64,000 nt of DNA from a virus. How positions within the stretch are numbered: the first letter of the stretch is position 1; every line of letters begins with the position of its first letter. The position numbers and the translations under genes were made by a program. The DNA lies in the IMG/VR virus record IMGVR_UViG_3300022591_000004, positions 1 to 64,000 of that record, one strand, 5' to 3'. Positions 44,303-53,739 of this stretch are shown here, piece by piece. Below the pieces are notes generated by a model that worked only from the letters and a program-made list of their open reading frames with translations, was not told the DNA's origin and made no database searches.

Positions 44303-46039
44303 TTAACTTATGATTCCGCCGAGAGGAGTAATATCGAATACTCCGCGCATAGGGAGCTCGTTTAGTGCACAAGAAACAGTATTAACTCCAGTTAACGCTA
44401 ATGAAGATGTCCAGATATTAGCGCTTGCGTTTGTTCCAGTGCCTCCAGCATTAGCAGACATAGTGATGGTTCCTGAGCCCTTGTTAATAGCTGTTATTGT
44501 CGTACCATCAGGAATAGTTACTGCGCTAGAGATACCTGCGACAAGAGACACATCTTGTCCCACAGCCACGTTTAAAAATGAAGATACGCTGCTAATGGTG
44601 GGTGAGCCCGCTGTAATGCTCCCTGTAAACGTTGCATCTGCTCGAGTAAGGAGGGTTACATCTACGTAGTCCACGCCAGGGACAGATGCAGAGATAACGT
44701 TGTGAATGTATTGAAGAGCAACCGTTTCTCCAAATACCACATTGTCAAAGTCAAGAAGAGATAGCAAAGCTGCGTTAATTCCCTTTGTTACATCGCTCTG
44801 TTTGTAGTTAGGAAGAATATGCGCGTTTAACGAAATGTTAATAGGTACATAGGTTGGGGGGTTAATAGTAATTGTCGTAGTAGCGGGAGCCTTATCCGTA
44901 ATAAAAGTGATGACGTCACCAGATGCGTTAGTAAAGGTTGTTGTCTGACTTCCGTCAGCAGCTACGCCAGGAGTTCCTAGACTAGAGTCTCCAAAAGGCG
45001 CGATATACAGAACAATGCTGTTGTAAGCAGCGCCAGAATCCGCGATAGCTTTGGCTACGGATGGAACCTGCACAGCAAGCGCTCCAGCGTCAGCTAGTGA
45101 TACTAGGCGGTTCAGAGCCGTGTACGCTAGGGGAGCATTGATACGAATGCTGTCTGTAGTCTCTGGGTCAGCTCCACCAGTAGCCGCAGATGCGTTGGTA
45201 ACTCGTAGTCCTGCAACAACGTTGTTTAGTTGATAGGTCAGCGTTCCTGGACCAACGTTTCCTGAAGCTCCGCCACCTACGCGGTAAGTAACATAGATAG
45301 AGCTTGTAGGAGGAATTCGTCCGCTGATACCGTCGCCAAATGTAATATATGAAACGTTGTTGGCGTCTGTGGATACAGAGTACACAGGGTCGTTATAGCC
45401 AGCATCAATAAGGTAAGAGAGCTCTGTGTACGAAGAACCTGTTGGTACTCCACCGACTAGTGAACCGACAATGACGCTTGATGTGTTAGCAATTAAAGGG
45501 GACTTAGATAGAGAGAATACCTGGTTAGCATTTCCGTTTGAGTCACCTACATACTCGTAATTAATCGTAGTTCCTTGAGTAGCGGTAACAGAAACAGATG
45601 AGTTAGCTGCCACGCTTACAGGAGTTGTGTTATCTGTTTCAAAAACAATCTGAGTATTGACGCCGTTAACAGTAGTGGTAGTAGCCACTTGAGTCTTTGG
45701 TCCCACGTTTAGTGTAGAGCCCGTAGAGTTTGTAAATGTTAACGTTACCTTTGCAGGAGCTCCTGGGCTAGGAGTGTATCCAAGCATGTTAGCAATAGAC
45801 AATACTGAGCTACGTTGTGTAGCTGTCTGGATAAAGCCTTCGTTGGCTGCTCGGTCGATATAGTAGTTCAGCATGTCACCCATGTAGGCAAACAGCTCAA
45901 TAAGGGTGATACCAAAGTCTGAGGCATCTGTACTTGTCCACTCTGGCAAAAGAGACGGAATAAGGTTAATCATGTCGTCACGAATAGCAGCATAATCACG
46001 TGAGGTGTAGTCCACCTGCGGGATAAAGTTCGATGCCAT
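44303..46039 (-). CDS. baseplate J-like wedge protein
   Basis: DYTSRDY, EWT...SDFG..LIELFAY, FGDG.SG.IPP, GGADPET. Confidence 0.9.
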   Translation of the reverse strand: MASNFIPQVDYTSRDYAAIRDDMINLIPSLLPEWTSTDASDFGITLIELFAYMGDMLNYYIDRAANEGFIQTATQRSSVLSIANMLGYTPSPGAPAKVTLTFTNSTGSTLNVGPKTQVATTTTVNGVNTQIVFETDNTTPVSVAANSSVSVTATQGTTINYEYVGDSNGNANQVFSLSKSPLIANTSSVIVGSLVGGVPTGSSYTELSYLIDAGYNDPVYSVSTDANNVSYITFGDGISGRIPPTSSIYVTYRVGGGASGNVGPGTLTYQLNNVVAGLRVTNASAATGGADPETTDSIRINAPLAYTALNRLVSLADAGALAVQVPSVAKAIADSGAAYNSIVLYIAPFGDSSLGTPGVAADGSQTTTFTNASGDVITFITDKAPATTTITINPPTYVPINISLNAHILPNYKQSDVTKGINAALLSLLDFDNVVFGETVALQYIHNVISASVPGVDYVDVTLLTRADATFTGSITAGSPTISSVSSFLNVAVGQDVSLVAGISSAVTIPDGTTITAINKGSGTITMSANAGGTGTNASANIWTSSLALTGVNTVSCALNELPMRGVFDITPLGGIIS

Positions 46040-46434
46040 TAGTACTCCTGAATAACGTCGCCAGAACGGGTAAGGGTTCCTGTCTTCAAAGAAGTTTGAG
46101 CTTTTTCTTTATTAGGCAGGGTATAGTCAATTGTAATGGTTAATATGCCTGATTGCTGGTCCATACTGACCGACACATTGTTAAGTACGAGGGCGTCTAA
46201 GTGCTTGGTGAATACTTCGCGCACGCTTGCAGCCGCTGTGTTAGCCGCGTCTTGTGGAGCCTGAAATAGAGCGCTTCGTATAGTGCCGCCGTATCCGTTT
46301 CTAAATACTCGTTCCCCAACGCCAGTCATAACGGCAGCAGTTACTCGGCTTTGCCAGATTGCTCGTTGGTCATTGGACGACAGAATTGAGCCCGAAGCAT
46401 CCACAGAAAAAGGAAGAATTATTGCGCGTTCCAT
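46039..46434 (-). CDS. gp25/GPW-like baseplate protein
   Basis: LPF...T.VGERVFR.GYG. Confidence 0.85.
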   Translation of the reverse strand: MERAIILPFSVDASGSILSSNDQRAIWQSRVTAAVMTGVGERVFRNGYGGTIRSALFQAPQDAANTAAASVREVFTKHLDALVLNNVSVSMDQQSGILTITIDYTLPNKEKAQTSLKTGTLTRSGDVIQEY

Positions 46435-46782
46435 TTAGTACACTCCTACCCATAGAGGAAAGTTGGTATCTCCACCTTCAAACATAACCCATACACCTTG
46501 ACCGATAGACGGAACTTTAATGTGGTCAGAATGTGCTGAGTTTAAAGTTACAGAATGCGTGTGGGACCCATAGCTTCCCACGCTAGCCGCCGTAGTCGTG
46601 TAAGAATCCGTATGGGGGTCGTGCGTAGAGTTTCCTGTAATTGGGTTTACTGGATAGGCCCAGGTTGTCCAATTTGTATTTAGCACCTGTGGGACCGTAA
46701 GGCGAATTTTATTTGCGTTATCAGGGTCCTGGTTATCCTGGCATACGCCTCGGTATATTCCGTAGTACATGTTATCGACCAT
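46435..46782 (-). CDS. baseplate spike OB-fold protein (gp5/gpV-like)
   Basis: YRGV...DP..., P.IG.GVWVMFEGGD..FP.WVG. Confidence 0.85.
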   Translation of the reverse strand: MVDNMYYGIYRGVCQDNQDPDNANKIRLTVPQVLNTNWTTWAYPVNPITGNSTHDPHTDSYTTTAASVGSYGSHTHSVTLNSAHSDHIKVPSIGQGVWVMFEGGDTNFPLWVGVY

Positions 46783-48094
46783 GTGTGTTCACCATTTTTT
46801 TCATAACTGCTGCTGGCATCTTTTTCTCTGCAATAGTGGGGGCTTTTAAGTTCCCTCCAGCCCCTACCCATTGGTGCGTAGGAATGCCCTTGGCAGAGAC
46901 CTTAGAAACGTTTTTTACTTTAGACACAGGAGCTTTGTATGACTCCTTTACTGTAACTCCGACCTTTTTTAGCGACGTAGTTGGCAAAGAGTTCTTTTGA
47001 CGTACTCCAGGGGTGACAACTCTTTTTATAGTCTCGTTGGGAGACACGATGTTTTTGTTATCTGTCCACTGAGTAGATAGTCCTAAGGAATCCGCACCTA
47101 CTGTTATAGTAGTTGTGTATTCAGCGTTGCCTTTAATGTTATGAGATACAGAGAGCACTGTCCAGTATCCAGAATACGTAGGGCCTATTCCATCAAGATA
47201 TACAGGGCTATCAGGCAATAACGAGGGGTTTCCTAAAACAACTGCCTCGCCTCGGTAGGCATATCGGTTTCTTTCGTCAGCAGCGGTAGCCTCATACTGC
47301 GCAATTTCATAGGTAGGTGCTACTACTTTAGTGTGATAAGCGTCAAATATAGGAGCAACTTGCTTTGCTCTCGTATGGTTAATAGGGGTTTGGTTAACAT
47401 GGGTATGCTCGGTAACAGACGACCTATCTACGCCACTAACAGCAACTGTAGTTTTAGTTGCATCTGCGTAAGGAATGGCTTCTCCCACCATAGGAGTGAA
47501 AGAGAATATACCTGTAAATTTTACGTCTAACCCTTTCATTATGAAATACGCAGCCTCTTGGCGAGTATCAGTAAACTCTTGGGTTAACGGTTGAAAGATG
47601 ATAGTTGTGTTATCGGCTTTTAAGGAGTACCCGTTTTGTTTTGCTAGTTTTACCATGAACTCCCAGTCAGACAGACCTGCCTGTGAAATTTGGTCGTACA
47701 TACGTGGCGTAGGCACTGCAATATACGAAAAGTTATTAGCATTAGCTATATCGGCTATTACTTGGTCCGCAGTTGTGTTTAACCACACTCTTTGAGATTG
47801 TTGCTTAAGTATCCTAGAGGCACCAATAAGGGTGATATCCACATAGTTTTTATCTGGAGCTAGGTCAGGGACAATATGATGAACATACCCATTAAAAACT
47901 CTGTTATTACCTACTCCGCGGATATTAACAGTGACGGGGGTTCCGTCTGAAATTGAGTCGTAAGGGACAGCCCAGTCGATAAATCTAACGGTTAAAAGCT
48001 CGTGCTCGTACCTAGCCCAAGACGAGTGCAGGCTGTATCCACGACTAGGCGGAATACTTAATGTAGGAAACTCTACGTTAAGGTAATTAAACAC
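46772..48094 (-). CDS. baseplate hub (gpD/gp27/VgrG-like)
   Basis: FNGYVHHI, QAGLSDWEFM.KLA..NG, G.W.V..VSH. Confidence 0.8.
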   Translation of the reverse strand: MFNYLNVEFPTLSIPPSRGYSLHSSWARYEHELLTVRFIDWAVPYDSISDGTPVTVNIRGVGNNRVFNGYVHHIVPDLAPDKNYVDITLIGASRILKQQSQRVWLNTTADQVIADIANANNFSYIAVPTPRMYDQISQAGLSDWEFMVKLAKQNGYSLKADNTTIIFQPLTQEFTDTRQEAAYFIMKGLDVKFTGIFSFTPMVGEAIPYADATKTTVAVSGVDRSSVTEHTHVNQTPINHTRAKQVAPIFDAYHTKVVAPTYEIAQYEATAADERNRYAYRGEAVVLGNPSLLPDSPVYLDGIGPTYSGYWTVLSVSHNIKGNAEYTTTITVGADSLGLSTQWTDNKNIVSPNETIKRVVTPGVRQKNSLPTTSLKKVGVTVKESYKAPVSKVKNVSKVSAKGIPTHQWVGAGGNLKAPTIAEKKMPAAVMKKMVNTHGR

Positions 48095-48365
48095 GAGGAA
48101 CCTTAATGATTGTTCCAGGAGCGATATTAATAAAATCTACAATTGTAGGGTTGTACTCAGGTATGACCCACCACAACTCAGGACGTTTGTAGTACTGGTA
48201 CGCAATTTGTTCCAGCCGCTCACCCTCGACGTATTGGTGCTCCCACCAGCTGATAAGGCCAGGGGCATCTACGTTGTAGTAAACAATAGGGTTGGCGTTG
48301 CCATCCTCAGTAATTGCAACAAAGTCAATCAGTTCGTTGTAGTAACGAGAGTTTTGGTAAATCAA
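48087..48365 (-). CDS. LysM-like tail X / gp53-type protein
   Basis: GERLEQIAYQYY..PELWW.I...NP...I.PGT.IKVP. Confidence 0.85.
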   Translation of the reverse strand: MIYQNSRYYNELIDFVAITEDGNANPIVYYNVDAPGLISWWEHQYVEGERLEQIAYQYYKRPELWWVIPEYNPTIVDFINIAPGTIIKVPRV

Positions 48366-49843
48366 TTGCCCACCAACCCACTATTTGTGACCATCTGCGT
48401 ATTAACACGAAGGTCAATAGTCACACTGACATCTGTTCTAATAGGAATCATATCCCTAGTGAACGCTAAATGCGTTACGTTTACGCCAGAAAGAACGCCT
48501 ACAAATTTTTGCTGACCTAAGTCTACACGCACGTAGGCCATTTTTAAGTACCCAATATTAGCTGTAATTTTTCCACCGATACCGATAGCATCTTTTCCAT
48601 TTGTAGACGCATACAGATACTCTAGGTCAGCCTCAGTACCATAAGTAAGAAGGTCAATAACTTTTTGCTCAATTTCAGTATCAGAACCGCTTGGAGTCCC
48701 AATATTGTAATAATCCAAATAGCTTTTTTTAATTACTGGCAGTGTATCTAATTTCTTTTTAGAAGAGCCAGCATTAGCAAGCTCAATAAGTTTATTGTTA
48801 GCGATACTAGCGCCAATATCCATATCGCCTTTCATAGACGCAAAGTCATTAGTGCGGTCTAACCGAAGAGTAAAGGTCAACGAAGAATTACCTGTTACAA
48901 ATCCTGTAGATGCTGCAGAGGGGTCAGATGCGTTTGGAGTGATGTTAGAGTTCGTAGACGTATCTTGACTAAACGTTTCTGGGTTCCAAATAAACTGAAA
49001 TCCATAATTATTTGTTGTTGGAGGAGGGGCTGCCTTTCCTTTTTTAGAAGATGCAGTTGTTGGAGTTCCCGTAGTTGTAGTTCCTAAATAAGGTTGGTAC
49101 ATCCAAATGCGCCCACGACGAGTTTGGTGAAAGTTATCTAACCTTTTATTAGTAGCGTCAGGCGCAATATCATAAGGGTCTACAGGTAGGCTCCATGCGT
49201 GAGGAGGCAAGTTCCACATAAAATTATCGGGTGGATTTTCTGGAGGTAACTCTTGAGTTTGAGGTTGCGCAGGAGGGACCTTCTTTGCTGATGTTCCCGA
49301 AAACAAAGTATTAGTGTTTTTATTAATTAGGCTATTATTTTTAGCGAGAGCGGACTTTAAGCTGTTTACCTTAGTTTGAATTTTTGACGTTTGGTTAAGC
49401 AGGTAAGTAATGTCGCTGTTCAACAACGCTTTGTCAGGAGAGCTTAATGTGCCACTATACGCAGAGGTTCCTACACGAGCGTGTATCTGTCTGTTATACG
49501 TGTTAGTTATAGTGGAGCTTGGGACAGGAGTAGCTAAGGTGTAGTTGGCGCCCCAGTCACTGTCGGTTACTATATTTTGCTCCCAAATGATTACTTTGTT
49601 GTAGGCAGCAATCTGTTCTTCCATAGTAGTAGCGCTAGCTCTATCACTAGGAAAAAGGTCATTAGAAGGAATTCCGTAGGTGCTTGTAAGCTGAGCATTG
49701 ATAGAGTCGTTCGCTTTAATAAGCGTAGATAGTTTAGTATTAGCTTGTTGAGCTTCCAGCGCTAGTTTGTGTTGGGCGATAGCTTTATCAAGAGTAGTTT
49801 GAACGCTAACGGCGCCCTTTTTTGACGTGTTTATGCTTGACAT
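48362..49843 (-). CDS. tail tube initiator-like protein
   Basis: FQFIWNPE and F....IPIR.DVSV motifs; follows the tape measure. Confidence 0.65.
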   Translation of the reverse strand: MSSINTSKKGAVSVQTTLDKAIAQHKLALEAQQANTKLSTLIKANDSINAQLTSTYGIPSNDLFPSDRASATTMEEQIAAYNKVIIWEQNIVTDSDWGANYTLATPVPSSTITNTYNRQIHARVGTSAYSGTLSSPDKALLNSDITYLLNQTSKIQTKVNSLKSALAKNNSLINKNTNTLFSGTSAKKVPPAQPQTQELPPENPPDNFMWNLPPHAWSLPVDPYDIAPDATNKRLDNFHQTRRGRIWMYQPYLGTTTTGTPTTASSKKGKAAPPPTTNNYGFQFIWNPETFSQDTSTNSNITPNASDPSAASTGFVTGNSSLTFTLRLDRTNDFASMKGDMDIGASIANNKLIELANAGSSKKKLDTLPVIKKSYLDYYNIGTPSGSDTEIEQKVIDLLTYGTEADLEYLYASTNGKDAIGIGGKITANIGYLKMAYVRVDLGQQKFVGVLSGVNVTHLAFTRDMIPIRTDVSVTIDLRVNTQMVTNSGLVGN

Positions 49844-52122
49844 TATGAACTAGCCACCTTTGAGTGTATACCTATAGACATAAGCTCTTTTTTAATAAGA
49901 GATGCAAGCTTTTGCTCGTCAAATTGTGAACCTTGTGGCACCGTAATAGGAATCGTTATATCCCCATATGTGATGGTTGTACCACCATTGTTTGAAGATG
50001 GGTCAAGTGTACCATTCTTAGGATTAATAGATAAGTATGATTTTGCCATTTTTGCAGAAGAGTAGTTGAGGGTTGACGAGCTAGCTCCCTGCCCAATACC
50101 AGAGCCACCTGCCATTCCACCGCTCATAGCGGAAGATGGTGAGTACCCCATAAGCTCATTCATGTTAAGGCCCTGGATGCCACCGCCAGTCATGCCACCC
50201 GACAAGCTAGCCATAAAGCTGTTTAGGTCTCCTACAGCTCCGTTGCTTCCTGAACCGTTGAGCAAGTTGCTGTTAATAGATGTTCCAGTCGCACCATTAA
50301 TGACGCGTCGTGCAGCCACTACAGTACTGAGGTCTACACCGACGACTTCTACAGCACCGCCTGTATGAGGCGCCTGAATAATTTGGTTGTTACCCATGTA
50401 GATAGCTACGTGACCTGGTGCGTTAGCTGGGCCATCAAAGAACAACAGGTCACCAGGCTGTGCATTGCGAGGGTCAACCGCTGTACCACAATTTACCTGT
50501 GCGTAAGTAGTACGTGGAAGCATCACACCGACCTTGGCAAATGCGTACTGAACAAAAGATGAGCAGTCAAAACCTACTGTGTTAGAGCCCTGATTAGTTC
50601 CCCGTGTAGGGCCGCCAATACTTCCGCCTCCCCATGAATAAGGGGTGCCTACCGCAGATAGACCAGCACGTAGAGCGCCAGATACTCCAGACGAGCTTGA
50701 AACACTGGTAGTTTGTGGCTTTACTGTTGCGCCTAAACCAAGACCACCAGAAGCCGCTGCCCCTGCAGCACCAGCTACAGCTGAGGTTCCCGCTAAAATA
50801 GCGGCGTCAACGAGTAGGCCTCCGCCAGCAGGGTCAACAATTTCTCCTGCAATTCCTCCAGCAGCCAGTTCAACGTCTTTTATAATGCTCTTGCCTTTAA
50901 ACAGGCTACCTATTTTAGAGAATAAACTTTGTCCAGTCTTGCTTCCAGCAAGAGCTTTTCCTGCGCCCAAAAATCCACCCAAAGCAGATGCAATTCCACC
51001 AGCAATTGACTGGCCAATATTATTGTTAAGACCTGTTTCTAGCTTAGCTAGCTGCTTAACAAGCCCTTGATTTGCGGTCACAATTTGCGCTAATTGATTC
51101 GTTGCCTTAACAAGAAGGTTGTTTGCTTCTGTAAATCCTTGAGCCATAGGATTCTGAGCAGCGGCAGTTAAACCAAACTGAGATTGATTAAGTGCACTTG
51201 CGGAGTTAAGAGCCGCGGTAGTCTGACCAGTTGCTGTCGTGCTTGCTTTACTTAGGCTACCTCCTTGAGCAAATTGAAGTGCTGCAGTCTGTAGTGCTTG
51301 GAATAGAGTAGGGTCTCCAGCTGAAGCGGCTTGAAGAAGGTTGTACAAACCGTTTCCAGGCTGAAGGGCAATAGCAATATTGCTTGCGTTTAGCTTTCCA
51401 CCTGATTGAGAGACAGCCAAATTCCAAATATCTTTAAAGATAGCGGCTGGACTACGCTCAGCTCCGTTTGAACCTCGAACTTGAATGCCCATCATACGTA
51501 ATGTGTTAACGGATTGAGCAGAGTTTAAAGAGGCTGTAGCTTTCATTGCGCTCTGGAAACTGCCCGTAAGGTTGGATACCTGAGCTACTCCAGGAAGAAT
51601 CTGACTGTTGTAGCCAGGAAGTCCTGGAAGAACTCCATTGGCCGTTCCTTGCGCAATAGCCTGTTGTAAATCAGATGAGCTAGAAGAAGTTCCCATGCCC
51701 ATAATATTTCGTACAGTGGCGTTTACGTTCCCCTGCATCCCTGAAAATTTTGCTTGGGAAGTTAATAGCTGTGAGGAAACTGCTTGTTGAACAGTAGGAA
51801 GGGCGTTAGCAAAAGAGGCTCCCATTCCCAAAGCAGCAGTTCCTAAAGATGAGACAACTCCACCAATAGTAGAGAGTGCACCCCCACCAGAGCCAAATCC
51901 ACCAGTAAAGCTTCCTCCGCCAGCTGCTATCGAGGAACCACCACCGCCAAGAACACTACTAAGAAATCCAGAGGCGCCAGAAGTACCGCCAAGATTCTTA
52001 GCGATACTTTTGGTCTTGTCATCCATAGCCCCCAACATAGTAAGGGCTTTTTGCAACGCGGTATTAAGGTCGGCAACAGCCTTGCTCATAGTGCCAGAGT
52101 CCATATTAAACTCGTTAGCCAT
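49843..52122 (-). CDS. tape measure protein with NlpC/P60 peptidoglycan hydrolase domain
   Basis: Ala/Gly-rich helical region; GTPYSWGG...GFDCSS...LPRTT..Q...PGDLLFF...HVAIY. Confidence 0.9.
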   Translation of the reverse strand: MANEFNMDSGTMSKAVADLNTALQKALTMLGAMDDKTKSIAKNLGGTSGASGFLSSVLGGGGSSIAAGGGSFTGGFGSGGGALSTIGGVVSSLGTAALGMGASFANALPTVQQAVSSQLLTSQAKFSGMQGNVNATVRNIMGMGTSSSSSDLQQAIAQGTANGVLPGLPGYNSQILPGVAQVSNLTGSFQSAMKATASLNSAQSVNTLRMMGIQVRGSNGAERSPAAIFKDIWNLAVSQSGGKLNASNIAIALQPGNGLYNLLQAASAGDPTLFQALQTAALQFAQGGSLSKASTTATGQTTAALNSASALNQSQFGLTAAAQNPMAQGFTEANNLLVKATNQLAQIVTANQGLVKQLAKLETGLNNNIGQSIAGGIASALGGFLGAGKALAGSKTGQSLFSKIGSLFKGKSIIKDVELAAGGIAGEIVDPAGGGLLVDAAILAGTSAVAGAAGAAASGGLGLGATVKPQTTSVSSSSGVSGALRAGLSAVGTPYSWGGGSIGGPTRGTNQGSNTVGFDCSSFVQYAFAKVGVMLPRTTYAQVNCGTAVDPRNAQPGDLLFFDGPANAPGHVAIYMGNNQIIQAPHTGGAVEVVGVDLSTVVAARRVINGATGTSINSNLLNGSGSNGAVGDLNSFMASLSGGMTGGGIQGLNMNELMGYSPSSAMSGGMAGGSGIGQGASSSTLNYSSAKMAKSYLSINPKNGTLDPSSNNGGTTITYGDITIPITVPQGSQFDEQKLASLIKKELMSIGIHSKVASS

Positions 52123-52124
52123 GG

Positions 52125-52280
52125 CTACCTACCTCGTCTCTTTATGGCTCTTTCAAGCCAGTTGTTACGCTCTCTAAAAGAAAGAGAACGTATGTCACTT
52201 AATGTCCAACCTGGAAACGCTCTAGTAAGCGCCTCAAAGGAATCTAATAAGTTTTCGTACTGTTCGCTGCTATAGGCGAA
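52125..52280 (-). CDS. second tail-assembly-chaperone ORF, probably a frameshift extension
   Basis: Open +1 frame without ATG: FAYSSEQYENLLDSFEALTRAFPGWTLSDIRSLSFRERNNWLERAIKRRGR. Confidence 0.65.
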   Translation of the reverse strand, partial: FAYSSEQYENLLDSFEALTRAFPGWTLSDIRSLSFRERNNWLERAIKRRGR

Positions 52281-53061
52281 ACAAAGCTACGAGACTAATA
52301 GGAGTATCAACAGATGCTCCACATGCCTCGCAGTTCTTCTTCACCTCCCCAAGGCGTGGGCCTGGGTTCTTTTCTAAAATTTCATTGATGATAGTTTCGC
52401 GGTCCTGCATGCCCAGCTTAAGAACTGTTGATGCTCCCAGTGAGCCCTTGCCGTTTACCGAAAGGACGCAACCTTCAAGAAGAATGGTATTCAGCTCAGC
52501 TGAAGTTTTATCTGCATTCTCTGTTAGTAGCCGTTGCACGTAGCCATTAGGCAAAGTAAGGACTGCTGTGCCGTTCTTTAACTGAACTTCCCAGTTACGG
52601 TCATCGATTGGGTTCTTTAAATAGATGGTTGGGATATCCTCGTTTAAATCAATAGGGACAACAGAGGTTACTCCGCAGTTACATGTAAACTGATAGTCTG
52701 CTGTATCTCCAAAGGTTACTCGACGAATAGCAAGAAGAATTGCATCGCGGTCTGCAGCAAGGATGTCATCTAGGTCCTCTTTGCGAACCTTTTCTCCACC
52801 AATGCTTACTAACCCTCTTTGAAGAATGGTAGTCAAGACACGTCCTAGACCGCCAGCTTTTGCAATAGCTTCTTCATCAGCACCATTAAGTTCTCGCACT
52901 TCTGCGTACTTAACTAGGGTGCCTTCCTGGGTAATAAAACCCCCAGGAAGGTTAACCTCACTATTTGATGGTGGTACCGTTGTTACCTGTGGTGCTGCTT
53001 CTTTTGTTACTTCCTCAATAGCAGCGCTAACTGCCTTGGGGTCTTGTGTTAATGTGCTCAC
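52270..53061 (-). CDS. tail assembly chaperone / T4 gp26-like baseplate assembly protein
   Basis: VRELNGADEE, DRDAILLAIRRVTFG, CNC, C..CG; located between tube and tape measure. Confidence 0.8.
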   Translation of the reverse strand: MSTLTQDPKAVSAAIEEVTKEAAPQVTTVPPSNSEVNLPGGFITQEGTLVKYAEVRELNGADEEAIAKAGGLGRVLTTILQRGLVSIGGEKVRKEDLDDILAADRDAILLAIRRVTFGDTADYQFTCNCGVTSVVPIDLNEDIPTIYLKNPIDDRNWEVQLKNGTAVLTLPNGYVQRLLTENADKTSAELNTILLEGCVLSVNGKGSLGASTVLKLGMQDRETIINEILEKNPGPRLGEVKKNCEACGASVDTPISLVALFRL

Positions 53062-53085
53062 GTATTATGCTCCTTAGAGTGTTAG

Positions 53086-53727
53086 TTAATTAGCGACTCC
53101 GCCAGAAGTACTGGCGTCATCGGCTCCTGCTGTAGACATAAAGCCAACAGATAGACCTTCGTGTACAAGCGTCATTTGCTCGAACAAGATGTTCTGGTCA
53201 CCAGCGTTTAGGTCTGAGTACTGAAGGGTGGTAATCCAAGCGTTGTGCACCTTGAAGTGCATTTTTGCTGACTTTACTAAGTCGTCTTTATCGCCCACCT
53301 GTGCAGGATGGTCAAGAACGTAGATATCCACATCAACGCGGAAATCTCCACTACCTGCAGCGGTAGCGATTCCTTCTCCAGCAGCAGCTGCAAAAAGCCC
53401 GCGCATCCACTTGATGCCCTGGTAGTTACCTACAAGGGTACCGTGTTGGAAGGTGATAGGTGTGAAAGTCGTCATTCCTGGAATCTGGTGAATGGTGGTG
53501 TTGTATCCGCCTTCACGGTAAGGAATAGACTGAGTGTTAATTCCCAAACCAGTGATGCTGGTAAAACCAGCTACGGTTGTAGGGGTGATATCAGTGCTGA
53601 AGACTCCTGTGCTTCCGTTCTTAGTCGCCGCAGAAAACTCTGCAATGAACTTAAAGTTACGTAAGGGGTCTGTCGCAAGACTTGACCAACGTTGGATACT
53701 TGATGTTGGAGTTGGGGGTGTTGCCAT
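53086..53727 (-). CDS. tail tube protein (T4 gp19-like)
   Basis: DPLRNFKF, GF..ITGL, YREGG, PG.T.F.PIT, NAW, L.HEG. Confidence 0.92.
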   Translation of the reverse strand: MATPPTPTSSIQRWSSLATDPLRNFKFIAEFSAATKNGSTGVFSTDITPTTVAGFTSITGLGINTQSIPYREGGYNTTIHQIPGMTTFTPITFQHGTLVGNYQGIKWMRGLFAAAAGEGIATAAGSGDFRVDVDIYVLDHPAQVGDKDDLVKSAKMHFKVHNAWITTLQYSDLNAGDQNILFEQMTLVHEGLSVGFMSTAGADDASTSGGVAN

Positions 53728-53739
53728 TTATTGGGCTCC

